NCBI GenBank assembly: GCA_902558835.1
Contig: CACEFK010000004.1
Coordinates: forward strand, 13,041 to 77,040
DNA length: 64,000 nucleotides
Direction: 5' to 3'
Source of the DNA: an uncultured Pelagibacteraceae bacterium
Lineage (GTDB): Bacteria > Pseudomonadota > Alphaproteobacteria > Pelagibacterales > Pelagibacteraceae
A program made the translations under genes and the position numbers. Position 1 is the first letter of the stretch; each line of letters opens with the position of its first letter. Under the pieces are notes generated by a model. That model searched no databases, was not told the DNA's origin, and worked only from the letters and a program-made list of their open reading frames with translations. Shown here piece by piece: positions 48,563 to 58,883 of this stretch.

Positions 48563-49072
48563 TTATTTTTTTTCTGTAGAGCTTTCTGATTTTTGTTCTT
48601 CTTTAGGAGCCTCTGCTGCTGGAGCCGCCTCTTCTTTAGGTGCTTCAACTGCAGGAGCTACATTTTCCTCTGTAACTGTCTCTGGTTTTGCCTCGATATC
48701 AATACCAATTTTTTTTCTAATTTTTTCTGCAATCCTTGCTGATTTACCAGTTCTGTCTCTTAGATAATAAAGTTTTGCTCTTCTTACTTTACCTGATCTA
48801 ATAACCTTAATTGAATCAATTAAAGTTCCAAATAAAGGAAAAGTTCTCTCAACACCCTCTCCAAAGGAAATTTTTCTAACTGTAAAAGATGAGTTTAAGT
48901 CTCTGCTTTTTTTAGCAATACATACTCCCTCAAAATATTGAATTCTTTCTTTTTTACCCTCGGTAATTCTCACTCCAACTTTAACAACATCTCCAGGATA
49001 AAATTCTGGAATTTTTTTCTCTGAAAGAATTTTGTTAACGTTATGCTGGTTTATTTCTTCAATTGTTTTCAT
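48563..49072 (-). CDS. rplS: 50S ribosomal protein L19 with an acidic Ala/Pro/Glu tail
   Basis: [14 protein letters not shown] and [10 protein letters not shown]. The ATG at 49072 is preferred. Confidence 0.96.
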   Translation of the reverse strand: MKTIEEINQHNVNKILSEKKIPEFYPGDVVKVGVRITEGKKERIQYFEGVCIAKKSRDLNSSFTVRKISFGEGVERTFPLFGTLIDSIKVIRSGKVRRAKLYYLRDRTGKSARIAEKIRKKIGIDIEAKPETVTEENVAPAVEAPKEEAAPAAEAPKEEQKSESSTEKK

Positions 49073-49088
49073 GTTAATATTTATCAAG

Positions 49089-49775
49089 TTAATTCTTCTT
49101 ATATTTTTCCCATAAATCTGGTCTTCGGTCGCGTGTTATAGCCTCAGATTGAGATAAACGCCAGTGTTTAATTTTATTATGATCACCTGATAATAGTACG
49201 TCTGGCACAGCTTTTTCCTCCCAAATTTGAGGTTTTGTATACTGAGGGTACTCTAGAAGACCATTTTCAAAGGTTTCATCTAATTTAGAGTTTTCGTTTC
49301 CTAATACACCTGGCAGCAATCTTAAAATACTATCTATTACTACATATGCTGCTGACTCCCCGCCTGACAAAACATAATCTCCAATACTAATTTCCTCAAT
49401 ATTTCTTGTTGAAAGTATTCTTTCGTCCACACCTTCAAAATGACCACAAATTAAAGACAGAGATTTTTCATTAGCTAGCTCTTTTGCTAAATTTTGATCA
49501 AATTTTTTTCCTTTTGGCGATAAGTATAAAATTCTCTCACTCTCATTTTTGTTTTCATCTAAAGACTTTGCAAGAACATCTGCTTTTAATAACATCCCTG
49601 AACCGCCCCCATAAGGTGTGTCATCTACTGTTTTATGTTTGTCATCAGCTGCATCTCTTATATTTACAACTTTAAGTTTCCATAAATTATTTGATAAAGC
49701 TTTTCCATAAAGTCCTTTAGATAAAGGACCAGGAAAAACTTCTGGATAAAGTGTAAACACTTGAGCTTGCCACAT
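49089..49775 (-). CDS. trmD: tRNA (guanine-N1)-methyltransferase
   Basis: [33 protein letters not shown] and LLSGDH. Confidence 0.97.
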   Translation of the reverse strand: MWQAQVFTLYPEVFPGPLSKGLYGKALSNNLWKLKVVNIRDAADDKHKTVDDTPYGGGSGMLLKADVLAKSLDENKNESERILYLSPKGKKFDQNLAKELANEKSLSLICGHFEGVDERILSTRNIEEISIGDYVLSGGESAAYVVIDSILRLLPGVLGNENSKLDETFENGLLEYPQYTKPQIWEEKAVPDVLLSGDHNKIKHWRLSQSEAITRDRRPDLWEKYKKN

Positions 49776-49789
49776 AAATAATCTTTAAA

Positions 49790-50305
49790 TTATTTTTTTT
49801 CCTCTGCTGGAGCTTCTGCTTTTGGAGCTTCTGCTTTTGGAGCTTCTGCTTTTGGAGCTTCTTCTTTAGGAGCTTCTGCTGCTGGAGCTGCTTCTGCTGC
49901 TGGAGCTGCTTCTGCTGCTGGAGCTGCCTCTGCTGCTGGAGCTGCCTCTGCTGCTGGAGCTGCTTCTGCTTTTGGAGCTTCTTTATTATCCTCTTCTTTT
50001 TTATTTCTCTCTTTTTTTGGCACTGCTTTATTTGGATTATTTCCATTTGCAGGCATAGGCATTAGTTCGTTCTCACCTAAAATTCTTGCTACTCTAGTTG
50101 TTGGTTGAGCTCCTTGACCAAGCCAATATTTAATTCTCTCAGCTTCTAGACCCACTCTTTCTTTTTTCTCTTTTGGTAATAGAGGATTAAAGAAACCAAC
50201 CTTTTCTATAAATCTTCCGTCCCTTGCAAAACGACTGTCGGCAACAACAACCTTATAAACAGGACGTTTTTTTGTTCCACCTCTTGATAATCTTAATTTT
50301 AACAT
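49790..50305 (-). CDS. rpsP: 30S ribosomal protein S16 with a repetitive C-terminal tail
   Basis: [20 protein letters not shown] and GAQPT; AGGAG Shine-Dalgarno. Confidence 0.97.
   Translation of the reverse strand: MLKLRLSRGGTKKRPVYKVVVADSRFARDGRFIEKVGFFNPLLPKEKKERVGLEAERIKYWLGQGAQPTTRVARILGENELMPMPANGNNPNKAVPKKERNKKEEDNKEAPKAEAAPAAEAAPAAEAAPAAEAAPAAEAAPAAEAPKEEAPKAEAPKAEAPKAEAPAEEKK
49803..49980 (-). repeat. In-frame tandem repeats in rpsP: about 5 x 18 bp (AEAAPA) and about 3 x 15 bp (KAEAP)
   Basis: Plus-strand units TCTGCTGCTGGAGCTGCY and GGAGCTTCTGCTTTT are directly visible. Confidence 0.92.
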
Positions 50306-50319
50306 TTCTTCTCCTTTTT

Positions 50320-51678
50320 TTACTTTAATTGGTTAAATAGCTCTGGCGGTATACCCTTGTCAGACATACCTTTCAGATTTCCTTTTGACATCTTTTTCAT
50401 CATTTCAGACATCATTTTAAATTGCTTAAGCAATTTATTGATAGTGGCCGGATCTGTGCCAGAGCCATTAGCAATTCTTTTTTTTCTAGAACCATCTATT
50501 ATTTTTGGGTTCTCTCTTTCTTTTTTTGTCATTGATAAAATAACAGCTTCATTCTTAGTAATTATACTTTCATCAATTCCCGCTGAGTCCATTTGAGATT
50601 TAATTTTAGAAACTCCTGGCATAAAAGACATAATTCCCTCAATGCCACCCATTTTTTTCATTTGTCTTAATTGAGATAAATAATCTTCCATAGAGAATTG
50701 ACCTTTTTTTAAATTTTCCTCTGCTTTTTTAAGATTTTCTTCTCCTAAATCTTGAGCCGCCTTTTCTACAAGGGATACGATATCCCCCATACCAAGTATT
50801 CTGTTTGCAATTCTATCTGGATGGAATACTTCAAGATTATCTATTTTTTCTCCTATACCTAAAAATTTAATTGGAACGTTTGAAACATATTTCATACTCA
50901 CTGCGGCTCCACCTCTTGCATCACCATCAGCCCTAGTTAAAATAATTCCAGATAAATTAACTGTATTTTTAAATTCTTTTGCCACTGAGGCTGCAACTTG
51001 ACCTGTTAGAGAGTCTGCAACTAAAAAAGTTTCTGTTGGGTTAATGACAGCTTCAATTTGCTTAATCTCACTCATCATTTGTAAATCGATTTGAGTTCTA
51101 CCAGCAGTATCAAATAAAATTATTTCAGCTCCATTTAAATTAGCAGCACTTATTGCTCTTCTACAAATATCAGCGGGTTGCTGACCTTCTATAATAGGTA
51201 AAGTTAAAATATTATTTTGTTCTCCTAAAGATCTAAGTTGTTCTTGTGCAGCTGGTCTGTAAATATCTAGACTGACCATCATTACTTTTTTCTTTTTATT
51301 ATTTTCTAAAAATTTTGCTAATTTTGCTGTTGTTGTTGTTTTACCAGAACCTTGTAACCCAACTAACATCATTGGCACAGGCGGTACTGCGTTTAAGTTT
51401 ATCTCATTATTTGTTGCACCTAATAAGTCTACGAGCTCATCATAAACAATTTTAACAACCATATCCCCAGGAGAGGTAGACCTTATTATCTCTTGGCCTA
51501 ATGCCTTTGGCTTAACTTTTTCAATAAAATCTTTTGCAACATCCAAAGAGACATCTGCTTCAAGTAAGGCTTGCCTAATACCTCTTAAACTTTCATCTAC
51601 TTGAGCTTCATCAAGTGAAGGCGCCTTTTTCAGAGAAGAAAAAATTTCTTCAAATTTATTTGTTAAATTTTCAAACAT
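50320..51678 (-). CDS. ffh: Signal recognition particle protein
   Basis: MFENLT start (ATG 51678), [22 protein letters not shown] and a Met-rich M domain. Confidence 0.97.
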   Translation of the reverse strand: MFENLTNKFEEIFSSLKKAPSLDEAQVDESLRGIRQALLEADVSLDVAKDFIEKVKPKALGQEIIRSTSPGDMVVKIVYDELVDLLGATNNEINLNAVPPVPMMLVGLQGSGKTTTTAKLAKFLENNKKKKVMMVSLDIYRPAAQEQLRSLGEQNNILTLPIIEGQQPADICRRAISAANLNGAEIILFDTAGRTQIDLQMMSEIKQIEAVINPTETFLVADSLTGQVAASVAKEFKNTVNLSGIILTRADGDARGGAAVSMKYVSNVPIKFLGIGEKIDNLEVFHPDRIANRILGMGDIVSLVEKAAQDLGEENLKKAEENLKKGQFSMEDYLSQLRQMKKMGGIEGIMSFMPGVSKIKSQMDSAGIDESIITKNEAVILSMTKKERENPKIIDGSRKKRIANGSGTDPATINKLLKQFKMMSEMMKKMSKGNLKGMSDKGIPPELFNQLK

Positions 51679-51681
51679 ATT

Positions 51682-51782
51682 TATTACGCATAGCAGTAAC
51701 GCACTAGTGGGCGAACCCTCGCTGACTAGTGTCGATCTCTTTGTTTCCAAAGACACCGCAAAGTTAATGTTTTTGCGGAAAC
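51682..51782 (-). ncRNA. Structured ffh 5' leader (alphaproteobacterial ffh motif)
   Basis: GC-richer island with hairpins CCGCAAA/UUUGCGG, UCUUUG-GAAA-CAAAGA and CACUAGU...ACUAGUG. Family assignment is from recall of the ffh motif. Confidence 0.75.
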
Positions 51783-51788
51783 GGCAAC

Positions 51789-51816
51789 AACCTATAATAG
51801 AGGTTCAAAAAGTCAA
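51789..51816 (-). promoter_or_regulatory. Putative ffh promoter
   Basis: Minus strand TTGACT-N16-TAGGTT, just upstream of the structured leader. Confidence 0.5.
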
Positions 51817-51838
51817 TAAATAAGTTAAATATCTATAT

Positions 51839-52663
51839 ATGGATATTAAAGCTTTTAAAATGGACGGTTTAGGTAATGATTTTGTCATCATAGATACTAG
51901 GCAAACAATTACAAATTTGACGAAAGAGCAAATAATAAAGATTTGTGACAGAAAATTTATTGGTTGTGACCAACTAATATTGATTAAAAAAAATGATATT
52001 TCAGATGCTTCACTAGAATTTTATAATTCAGATGGAGGAATGTCAGGTGCGTGTGGAAATGGTACGCGATGTATTGCTGATTTATTAGGCAAAGAAAATA
52101 ACAAAAAAGAAATTGTCCTAACAACTTTATCTGGCAAATTAAAATCAAATATTGTTGGAGAAAAAATGGTTTCTACAGAAATAGGTGTTGCAAAAACAAA
52201 ATGGGATGAGATTCCATTGTCTAAAGAATTAAATACAAATAATTTAGGAATTAAAATTAATGACAAAAATAATAACGAATTTTCTGGCGGAACTGCTGTA
52301 AATGTTGGAAACCCACATGTAGTTTTTTTTGTTGATAATAACGAAAATTTTGAAATTGAAAAAATTGGACCAAAAATCGAAACCCACTCTCTATTTCCAG
52401 AAAAATGTAATGTTACTTTAGCAACTGTTGTAAACAAAGAATTGATAAAAGTTAAAGTGTGGGAAAGAGGAGCTGGACTTACCAAAGCTTGTGGAACTGC
52501 AGCTTGCGCAACAGCTTTTGCCGCAAAACAAAACGGACTGGTAAATGATAAAGTGGATATTGAATTTTCTACAGGTAGATTGACGATTTCAATTGATGAA
52601 AACAATAGTATTCATATGAAAGGTCCTGTTTCAGATATTGAGGAGATAAATTTTAAAATTTAA
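51839..52663 (+). CDS. dapF: Diaminopimelate epimerase
   Basis: GLGNDF, CGNGTRC, VGNPH and ERGAGLTKACGT. Confidence 0.97.
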   Translation: MDIKAFKMDGLGNDFVIIDTRQTITNLTKEQIIKICDRKFIGCDQLILIKKNDISDASLEFYNSDGGMSGACGNGTRCIADLLGKENNKKEIVLTTLSGKLKSNIVGEKMVSTEIGVAKTKWDEIPLSKELNTNNLGIKINDKNNNEFSGGTAVNVGNPHVVFFVDNNENFEIEKIGPKIETHSLFPEKCNVTLATVVNKELIKVKVWERGAGLTKACGTAACATAFAAKQNGLVNDKVDIEFSTGRLTISIDENNSIHMKGPVSDIEEINFKI

Positions 52664-53580
52664 TGGGAATTTTTGAAAAATTTAAATCAGGTTTTAAAAA
52701 AAGTGCCTCAGCTTTTACAACGGGTTTAAGAGATATAGTTGTAAAAAAAGAGATTGATGACAAAACATTAGACAAAATTGAAGATTACTTAGTTCAATCA
52801 GATGTTGGTATTGTTTCGGCTTCAGAAATAAGAGAAATAATTTCTCAAACAAAAATTGATCCCAATAAAGATTTAACCGAAGAAATAAATAATATTTTAA
52901 AAAATTATATTATTTCAATAATGGAACCTTTAGAAAATATTGAATTCTTCAAAAAAAAAGAAAAATTAAATGCAACATTAATTTCAGGTGTCAATGGTGT
53001 TGGAAAAACAACTACTATTGGAAAAATAAGTAAAATATTAAAAGGTAATGGAAATAAAGTAATGCTAGCTGCATCAGATACTTTTAGAGCGGCAGCCATA
53101 GAACAGTTGGAAAATTGGGCAAACAAAGTTGATGTTCAAATTACAAAATCATCTCAAGGCTCTGATCCTGCATCAGTTGCCTACAAGGCTATTGAAGAGG
53201 CATTAAATAATGATTTCAATCAAGTTTTAATTGATACAGCTGGGAGATTACAAAATAAAAAAAATTTGATGGAAGAATATAAAAAAATTGCAAACGTTAC
53301 TAAAAAAATTGATCCTGATGCTCCACATGATGTTATTTTAGTTTTGGACGCAACTTCAGGTCAAAATGTAATTAATCAAGTTGAAGAATTTAATAAAATT
53401 ATTCCAATAACTGGTCTTATTATGACAAAATTAGATGGTACAGCAAAAGGAGGTATCCTTTTAGCAGTTGCTAAAAAATATAAACTACCAATTATTGCCC
53501 TTGGATTAGGTGAAAAAGAAGATGATTTGCAAATTTTTGAGGCCGAAAAATTCGCAGAGGCATTTACTCAAATTAATTAA
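52663..53580 (+). CDS. ftsY: SRP receptor FtsY (NG domain only)
   Basis: GVNGVGKTTT, DTFRAAA, DTAGRL and TKLDGTAKGG. Confidence 0.97.
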   Translation: MGIFEKFKSGFKKSASAFTTGLRDIVVKKEIDDKTLDKIEDYLVQSDVGIVSASEIREIISQTKIDPNKDLTEEINNILKNYIISIMEPLENIEFFKKKEKLNATLISGVNGVGKTTTIGKISKILKGNGNKVMLAASDTFRAAAIEQLENWANKVDVQITKSSQGSDPASVAYKAIEEALNNDFNQVLIDTAGRLQNKKNLMEEYKKIANVTKKIDPDAPHDVILVLDATSGQNVINQVEEFNKIIPITGLIMTKLDGTAKGGILLAVAKKYKLPIIALGLGEKEDDLQIFEAEKFAEAFTQIN

Positions 53581-54136
53581 TTAAGGTACTGGAAATTAAA
53601 GGTTTATAAAAACTACATTTGTAGTGTTCTTTAAATTCATAATGTCCACAATTTTTAGCTATCGAAGAAATAATAAAATCAAATTTTCCATTCATAGGAT
53701 AAAGCTCTAACTTTTTTTCAACAATATCAAATTTAAAATTAGCTTTTAGACTTTTTACAGCACTAATCATCACCAGAGTTTTGTTATCTTTTAAAAGATA
53801 ATATGCAAAATCATCTGGGAAAACTGGGAAATCATACTCTTGCAAAAAATATTTTGCTGTTTTGGGAAACCATTCATAAGAAATTAATGGCAAAGACTCT
53901 TTCGTTTTGTAGTTATAAATATAAAGATCTTTTGGAAAATCATTAATATAATTTGAATTTTCTCCTCGAGCCAAGACAGCTTTTTCACGGGTTTTAAAAT
54001 ATAATGCAAAATTTTCATCGTGCGAATTCATTTGATCAATATGAAAAAGGCTATCTACAGATGCTAAACTTTCTTTGGCATTTGATAAATTATTTAAAGA
54101 AAAAAGAACAATAAAAAATAAGAAAAAATTTTTCAT
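53573..54136 (-). CDS. Hypothetical exported protein
   Basis: 187-aa ORF with a signal-peptide-like N-terminus (MKNFFLFFIVLFSLNNLSNA). No family recognised. Confidence 0.65.
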   Translation of the reverse strand: MKNFFLFFIVLFSLNNLSNAKESLASVDSLFHIDQMNSHDENFALYFKTREKAVLARGENSNYINDFPKDLYIYNYKTKESLPLISYEWFPKTAKYFLQEYDFPVFPDDFAYYLLKDNKTLVMISAVKSLKANFKFDIVEKKLELYPMNGKFDFIISSIAKNCGHYEFKEHYKCSFYKPLISSTLIN

Positions 54137-54184
54137 AAATTAATTTAAAAAAAAAATTTGAATTATCTTTGTTTAGATTGTGGC

Positions 54185-55003
54185 TTAATTTAAACTATCA
54201 ACAAACGATTTAAGAACTAATACAAGTTTATCATCATATTCCATCATATGATCGTCATATTTTGTAAAATATGAATATTTGGGTTCACTTGCTAAATTAA
54301 AAATTTTTTTACCCATCCAAAATGGAACTATTTGGTCAGCCTCACCATGCATTACTAATACTGGAATATTAATATTTTTAATTTTTTCATTATTTTCATA
54401 CTTATCTTTTAAAATTAAACCTACTGGAATATATGGATAAAAATTTTTCGCAGCCTCTATCATTGATGTAAAAGGCGTTTCTAATATTAATCCTGCAAAA
54501 TTTTTATTCTGAGTAATTTCAGTGGCAATGCCAGTTCCTAATGACTCTCCATAAATAATTATATCTTCTTCATTTAGACCTTTTTCTTTAAGCCAGTTTA
54601 TTGCACTAACACCATCTGTATAAAGACCCTCCTCACTTGGTTTTCCTTTATTACCGCTAAACCCTCTCCATGCAATAATTAAAAAATTAACATCCATGTC
54701 TTTAAAATGATTTAACTTATGGATTCTGTTTTCAAGTGTCCCTGCATTTCCGTGAAAATAAACTATTGTTTTATAACTTTTTAAATTTTTATTATGAAAC
54801 CAGCCTAAAAGATTAATATTATCAGTTGTTTTGATGGTAACTTTTTCAATGTTAACTTCTAAATTATCTCCAGAATAATTATTCTCATCAGGATGATACA
54901 TTAAATTTCTTTGAAAAAAGAATAAGAAAATTAATATAATTAAGTAAATTGCAACAATACCAATAAATAATTCCAAAAAAAAATTCCTACGTTTTATTTT
55001 CAT
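54185..55003 (-). CDS. Membrane-anchored alpha/beta hydrolase (BEM46/ABHD13-like)
   Basis: N-terminal TM helix, YFHGNAG, YGESLG and MHGEADQIVP. Confidence 0.85.
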   Translation of the reverse strand: MKIKRRNFFLELFIGIVAIYLIILIFLFFFQRNLMYHPDENNYSGDNLEVNIEKVTIKTTDNINLLGWFHNKNLKSYKTIVYFHGNAGTLENRIHKLNHFKDMDVNFLIIAWRGFSGNKGKPSEEGLYTDGVSAINWLKEKGLNEEDIIIYGESLGTGIATEITQNKNFAGLILETPFTSMIEAAKNFYPYIPVGLILKDKYENNEKIKNINIPVLVMHGEADQIVPFWMGKKIFNLASEPKYSYFTKYDDHMMEYDDKLVLVLKSFVDSLN

Positions 55004-56225
55004 ATTTTTTTTTATTTAATATTAAAAAAAATATATAAGAAATAATACTTAAGATTAAGAAAACTGAAAAAGCTGATTTAAATGCAAATATTTCTGAGTG
55101 GCCCATACTTTTAACAATATCTATCACAAAGCCCATTAACCATTGCATTACAAATGTTCCTGCAAATATTAACAAATTGAATGAAGTTAGTGCTTTACCA
55201 GCAGAATAACCTGAAAAAGAAAGGCCCACAGCTGGCTGTGTAACTGATAAAAAAATTGAACTTAAAATAAATAGAGTTATGTAGAAGGCACCTGCTTTTG
55301 GGCCTAGCAATATAATCACAAACATTACAGAAAAACTAATTGGTAAACCTAATTTAAGTATTCTTTTTGCACTAAAACCTATACCTGAAATTTTTGGTAA
55401 AAAATAACCCCACAAAAAAAAGGATATCAACATAGTAACATTGATCCAAAATAATCCTGTAGCGCTCTGAAGTGGTGTATAACCAGCAACTCTAGTCATC
55501 CATGGGCCTGCCCATAAAGTTTGTATAGCCATTAAGCCCCCATAATTAAATAAACCCATTGGAATTACGCTTATAAAAAATCTATTTTTCCAAACTTCTG
55601 ATAAAGTCCCATTATTACTTGGCTCATCTGACTCTTTATTTTTATTTAAATTCCATTTTGGAATGAAAACTAACATTAAAAAAATACTAATTAAAATTAA
55701 GATAGCAATACCACCAAATATCCATCTCCATCCGAAACTAGGCAATAAAAGTTGTACAGGCAATGTGGATGACAAAAAACCTAATGATGCAATCATTAGC
55801 ATCCATGAGTTTGCTCTTTGTTGTTGATTTTCTGCATACCATATTCTGTAACCAGTTAATGGAGCCATTAAACAAGCACTAACACCTACGCCGATTAGAA
55901 TTCGCGAAACTAATAATCCAGAAAAACTTTCAGCTAAAGCAAATGATCCTGTTCCAACTAATGCAATTAATAAAAAAGAAGAGACAATTTTTTTTGGTCC
56001 ATATTTATCTAACAAATATCCAAGGGGTATTTGCATACAAGCAAAACCTAAAAAATAACCCCCAGCTAACAATCCTAAATCAGCTGCTAACAAATTAAAT
56101 TCTGAAGTTAATACAGGGGAAAGTGTTGCAGTAATTGCACGCAACAAACAAGATAAAAAATAACCAAATGCAAATACAAAAAAAACAACAATAGCCTGTT
56201 TTTTTGGTAAAATATAATTTTCCAT
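54987..56225 (-). CDS. MFS transporter
   Basis: About 12 hydrophobic segments; motif A-like GYLLDKYGPK, RILIGVG and GWRWIF. Confidence 0.88.
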   Translation of the reverse strand: MENYILPKKQAIVVFFVFAFGYFLSCLLRAITATLSPVLTSEFNLLAADLGLLAGGYFLGFACMQIPLGYLLDKYGPKKIVSSFLLIALVGTGSFALAESFSGLLVSRILIGVGVSACLMAPLTGYRIWYAENQQQRANSWMLMIASLGFLSSTLPVQLLLPSFGWRWIFGGIAILILISIFLMLVFIPKWNLNKNKESDEPSNNGTLSEVWKNRFFISVIPMGLFNYGGLMAIQTLWAGPWMTRVAGYTPLQSATGLFWINVTMLISFFLWGYFLPKISGIGFSAKRILKLGLPISFSVMFVIILLGPKAGAFYITLFILSSIFLSVTQPAVGLSFSGYSAGKALTSFNLLIFAGTFVMQWLMGFVIDIVKSMGHSEIFAFKSAFSVFLILSIISYIFFLILNKKKYENKT

Positions 56226-56228
56226 TAA

Positions 56229-58880
56229 TTAAAAGTTTAAAGATATATCTCTATGAACTGAGTTACACCTTGCAACAAATTTAGCTTGTTCTTTTGTCAA
56301 TCTTGACTGAAGTCTTAATCCAATATTATTTTTAATAACTTCATTATATTTTATTAACTCAGGTAATAAATTTTTATTAGCATCTTCTCTCCATAAAACT
56401 TCTTTATTAAATAAATCAAAGGTTTCTGAGCTAGCAAGTAATAATTTTTGTTCATCAACTTCATCGTTATCTATAACAGTTATTAAATCATCCAATTTAT
56501 TAGCAAATTCTTCAGTGCCTGAAATTTCGCTTAATTTTTCAAAAAGACTATCAATTATTGAAATTGAATTTTCATAGTCTTTATTATCTATTAAATATTT
56601 TAATTCTTTTATTTCAGGTGAAAGATTTTTTAACTTTTCATGGTCATTAATAAACTGTGCTATTTGATCTAAGTTATCATATGCTTCATCAACATTTTTT
56701 CTGTAACGTTTTGTCCTAGTATTTTTCGCCTTTTGAAGTATTTCAAATTCTTTATTTTGAGATTTCCAAGCTTCAGGTATTTGGTTTTTAATTTCAGTTA
56801 TTTCTAATTTATAATTTTCTATTTTAAGCTCTAATTTATTTTTATTTGATGCATCATCCTTGTCTAAATTTCTAATTTCTGATTTTAACTTTTTAATTTT
56901 ATTATCAATTTTTCTAATTTTCTTCTGTTTTTTTCTAACAGAAAAATGAAGGTCTCTATAGTCCTCTGCAAATAAATTATATTCCTCCTCAGTTTTTTGA
57001 AGTTTTTTAACTATTGTAAAAGTTCCAAGTGCATTATCAAAATGTTCTTCAAATATATCTAATTTATCTACTGGTAAATTTGCAGGCATTAGTTTTTGAA
57101 AATTGTTTATTGCACTTTTAATTTGACTCTCATTATTATTATAAATAGCAAACTTATACTCTTGTAGACAGTATTGTAATTTTGGATTCATTGGTGGTGG
57201 AGCAACATTGGAGGTCAAATAAGTACGTGCTGGTAAATAGTTTACTAATGACGGATAAAAACCAACAATTCCAAGACCAATAAGTTGAAGAATTATAAAT
57301 GGAACAACTCCTTTCCATATATTCAACGTAGTAACTAATTTTGATGCAACTCCTTTTAAGTAAAATAATGCAAACCCAAATGGTGGGGTTAAAAAAGATG
57401 TTTGTAAATTAACTCCTATCATAACTCCTAGCCAAATTGCACTTACATTTGCACCTGGCTCGGCTAGTAATATTGGTGCAATAATTGGAACAACAACTAC
57501 CGCAATTTCAATAAAATCAAGAAAGAATCCTAATAAAAAGATTACAGCCATTACAACAACAAACTGTGTCCAAAATCCTCCTGGTAAATCTTGTAAAAAG
57601 TCTCTTACTAACTCTTCACCTCCAAAAGCTCTAAAACCAGAAGTTAACATTGCTGCCCCTAAAAGAATTATAAATACCATTGAAGTAGTTACGCATGTTT
57701 CTGTAACAACTTCTTTCAAAACATTGTCGATCTTATACGATCTCCAAAAACTCCATACAATTCCAATTAAAAACGTAAATGTGAAAAATCCTGTAATCAA
57801 TATTGCTTTTAAATCTCTCGTATCAACAGCTTTAATATTTAAATTATAATTCTTTGCGAGAAGAAATATAGGTATTACTGAAACAACTGAAATTATTATT
57901 GGGTAATATGCATCTTTCCTACCCTTATGAAGACGGTAACCTGCCATCATAGTTGCTCCAATTGCTCCAATAGAACCAGCTTGATTCACTGTGGCAATAC
58001 CCATCAATATAGATCCAAGCACAGCAAATATTAAGGCAAGAGGTGGAATTATTACCCCAACAACTTTTATCCAAAATTTAAAATCAAAACTTCCTTTAAA
58101 TGTTACTGGTGGTGCAGCTTTTGGATTTATTCTTGCATAAACAAAAACATACAGCATATATAATCCAACCAAAACTAATCCAGGTAACAATGCTCCTAAA
58201 AACATATCACCAGCACTAGTTGAACCTACTCTAAACTCTCCAGGCATATTAAATTCACCTGTTAAAATTTTATAATCTGTCTGCCGAATTGTATTAGCTA
58301 CATCAGACGCACTAGCTAATTGATCTGCAATAATAATTAAAACAATTGATGGAGGTATTATTTGACCCAAAGTTCCTGACGAACAAACGATACCGCTCGC
58401 AAGACTTTTGTCATATTTATTATTTAGCATGGTTGGTAATGAAATTAGTCCCATGGCAATAACTGTTGCCCCAACAATACCTGTAGTTGCTGCTAGCAAT
58501 GCTCCAACAAAAATTACTGAAATACCCAATCCTCCAGGAATTGGACCAAAAAGTTGCCCCATTGTAACCAAAAGATCCTCTGCGATCTTAGATTTTTGGA
58601 GCATAATTCCCATAAAAATAAATAACGGGATAGCAATCAAAGTATCTGTTTCTACATCCCAATAATTACTTCTGAAATTTGTAATCCCAGCAGTCAGCCA
58701 TTCTTTAGGACCATCTGTTGCAAAATAAGCGCTTACATCTCCTTCAAAAAGATATCCGAAAAACGCTGCAAGACCTATTGAAATAATTGCTGAACCAGGT
58801 AAAGCAAAAGCTACAGGAAAACCTGAAGCCAATGCTCCTATCATTATAATCACAAGTAAAGCTAGAAATAGATGTTCCAT
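56229..58880 (-). CDS. dctM: TRAP large permease (DctM) with a long C-terminal soluble extension
   Basis: LIAIPLFIFMG, GTLGQIIPPS and QTSFLTPPFG, followed by about 330 hydrophilic residues after the last TM. Confidence 0.9.
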   Translation of the reverse strand: MEHLFLALLVIIMIGALASGFPVAFALPGSAIISIGLAAFFGYLFEGDVSAYFATDGPKEWLTAGITNFRSNYWDVETDTLIAIPLFIFMGIMLQKSKIAEDLLVTMGQLFGPIPGGLGISVIFVGALLAATTGIVGATVIAMGLISLPTMLNNKYDKSLASGIVCSSGTLGQIIPPSIVLIIIADQLASASDVANTIRQTDYKILTGEFNMPGEFRVGSTSAGDMFLGALLPGLVLVGLYMLYVFVYARINPKAAPPVTFKGSFDFKFWIKVVGVIIPPLALIFAVLGSILMGIATVNQAGSIGAIGATMMAGYRLHKGRKDAYYPIIISVVSVIPIFLLAKNYNLNIKAVDTRDLKAILITGFFTFTFLIGIVWSFWRSYKIDNVLKEVVTETCVTTSMVFIILLGAAMLTSGFRAFGGEELVRDFLQDLPGGFWTQFVVVMAVIFLLGFFLDFIEIAVVVVPIIAPILLAEPGANVSAIWLGVMIGVNLQTSFLTPPFGFALFYLKGVASKLVTTLNIWKGVVPFIILQLIGLGIVGFYPSLVNYLPARTYLTSNVAPPPMNPKLQYCLQEYKFAIYNNNESQIKSAINNFQKLMPANLPVDKLDIFEEHFDNALGTFTIVKKLQKTEEEYNLFAEDYRDLHFSVRKKQKKIRKIDNKIKKLKSEIRNLDKDDASNKNKLELKIENYKLEITEIKNQIPEAWKSQNKEFEILQKAKNTRTKRYRKNVDEAYDNLDQIAQFINDHEKLKNLSPEIKELKYLIDNKDYENSISIIDSLFEKLSEISGTEEFANKLDDLITVIDNDEVDEQKLLLASSETFDLFNKEVLWREDANKNLLPELIKYNEVIKNNIGLRLQSRLTKEQAKFVARCNSVHRDISLNF

Positions 58881-58883
58881 AAT

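Noticed and set aside
49803-49980. Tandem repeats as a possible CRISPR array
   Set aside because: There are no unique spacers, the units are in-frame coding repeats, and no cas genes are present.
49717-50046. 109-aa Gln/Lys-repeat ORF (QQQRQL...)
   Set aside because: It is an alternative-frame reading of the rpsP tandem repeats, overlaps rpsP and trmD, and has no independent support.
51679-51756. 26-aa N-terminal extension of Ffh given by the ORF track
   Set aside because: The conserved Ffh start MFENL is at 51678; the upstream region is better explained as a structured RNA leader.
52021-52605. 194-aa antisense ORF over dapF, and similar ones (32478-33038, 39701-40147, 27994-28377, 35174-35548, 12263-12574)
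   Set aside because: They lie opposite conserved genes and are Ser/Phe/Ile/Pro-rich, as expected from mirrored codon bias. No motifs recognised.
54140-54160. Poly-A/T runs (also near 9716, 25657 and 48554) as phase-variation tracts
   Set aside because: Such runs are expected in very AT-rich DNA, and no frameshifted genes are associated with them.
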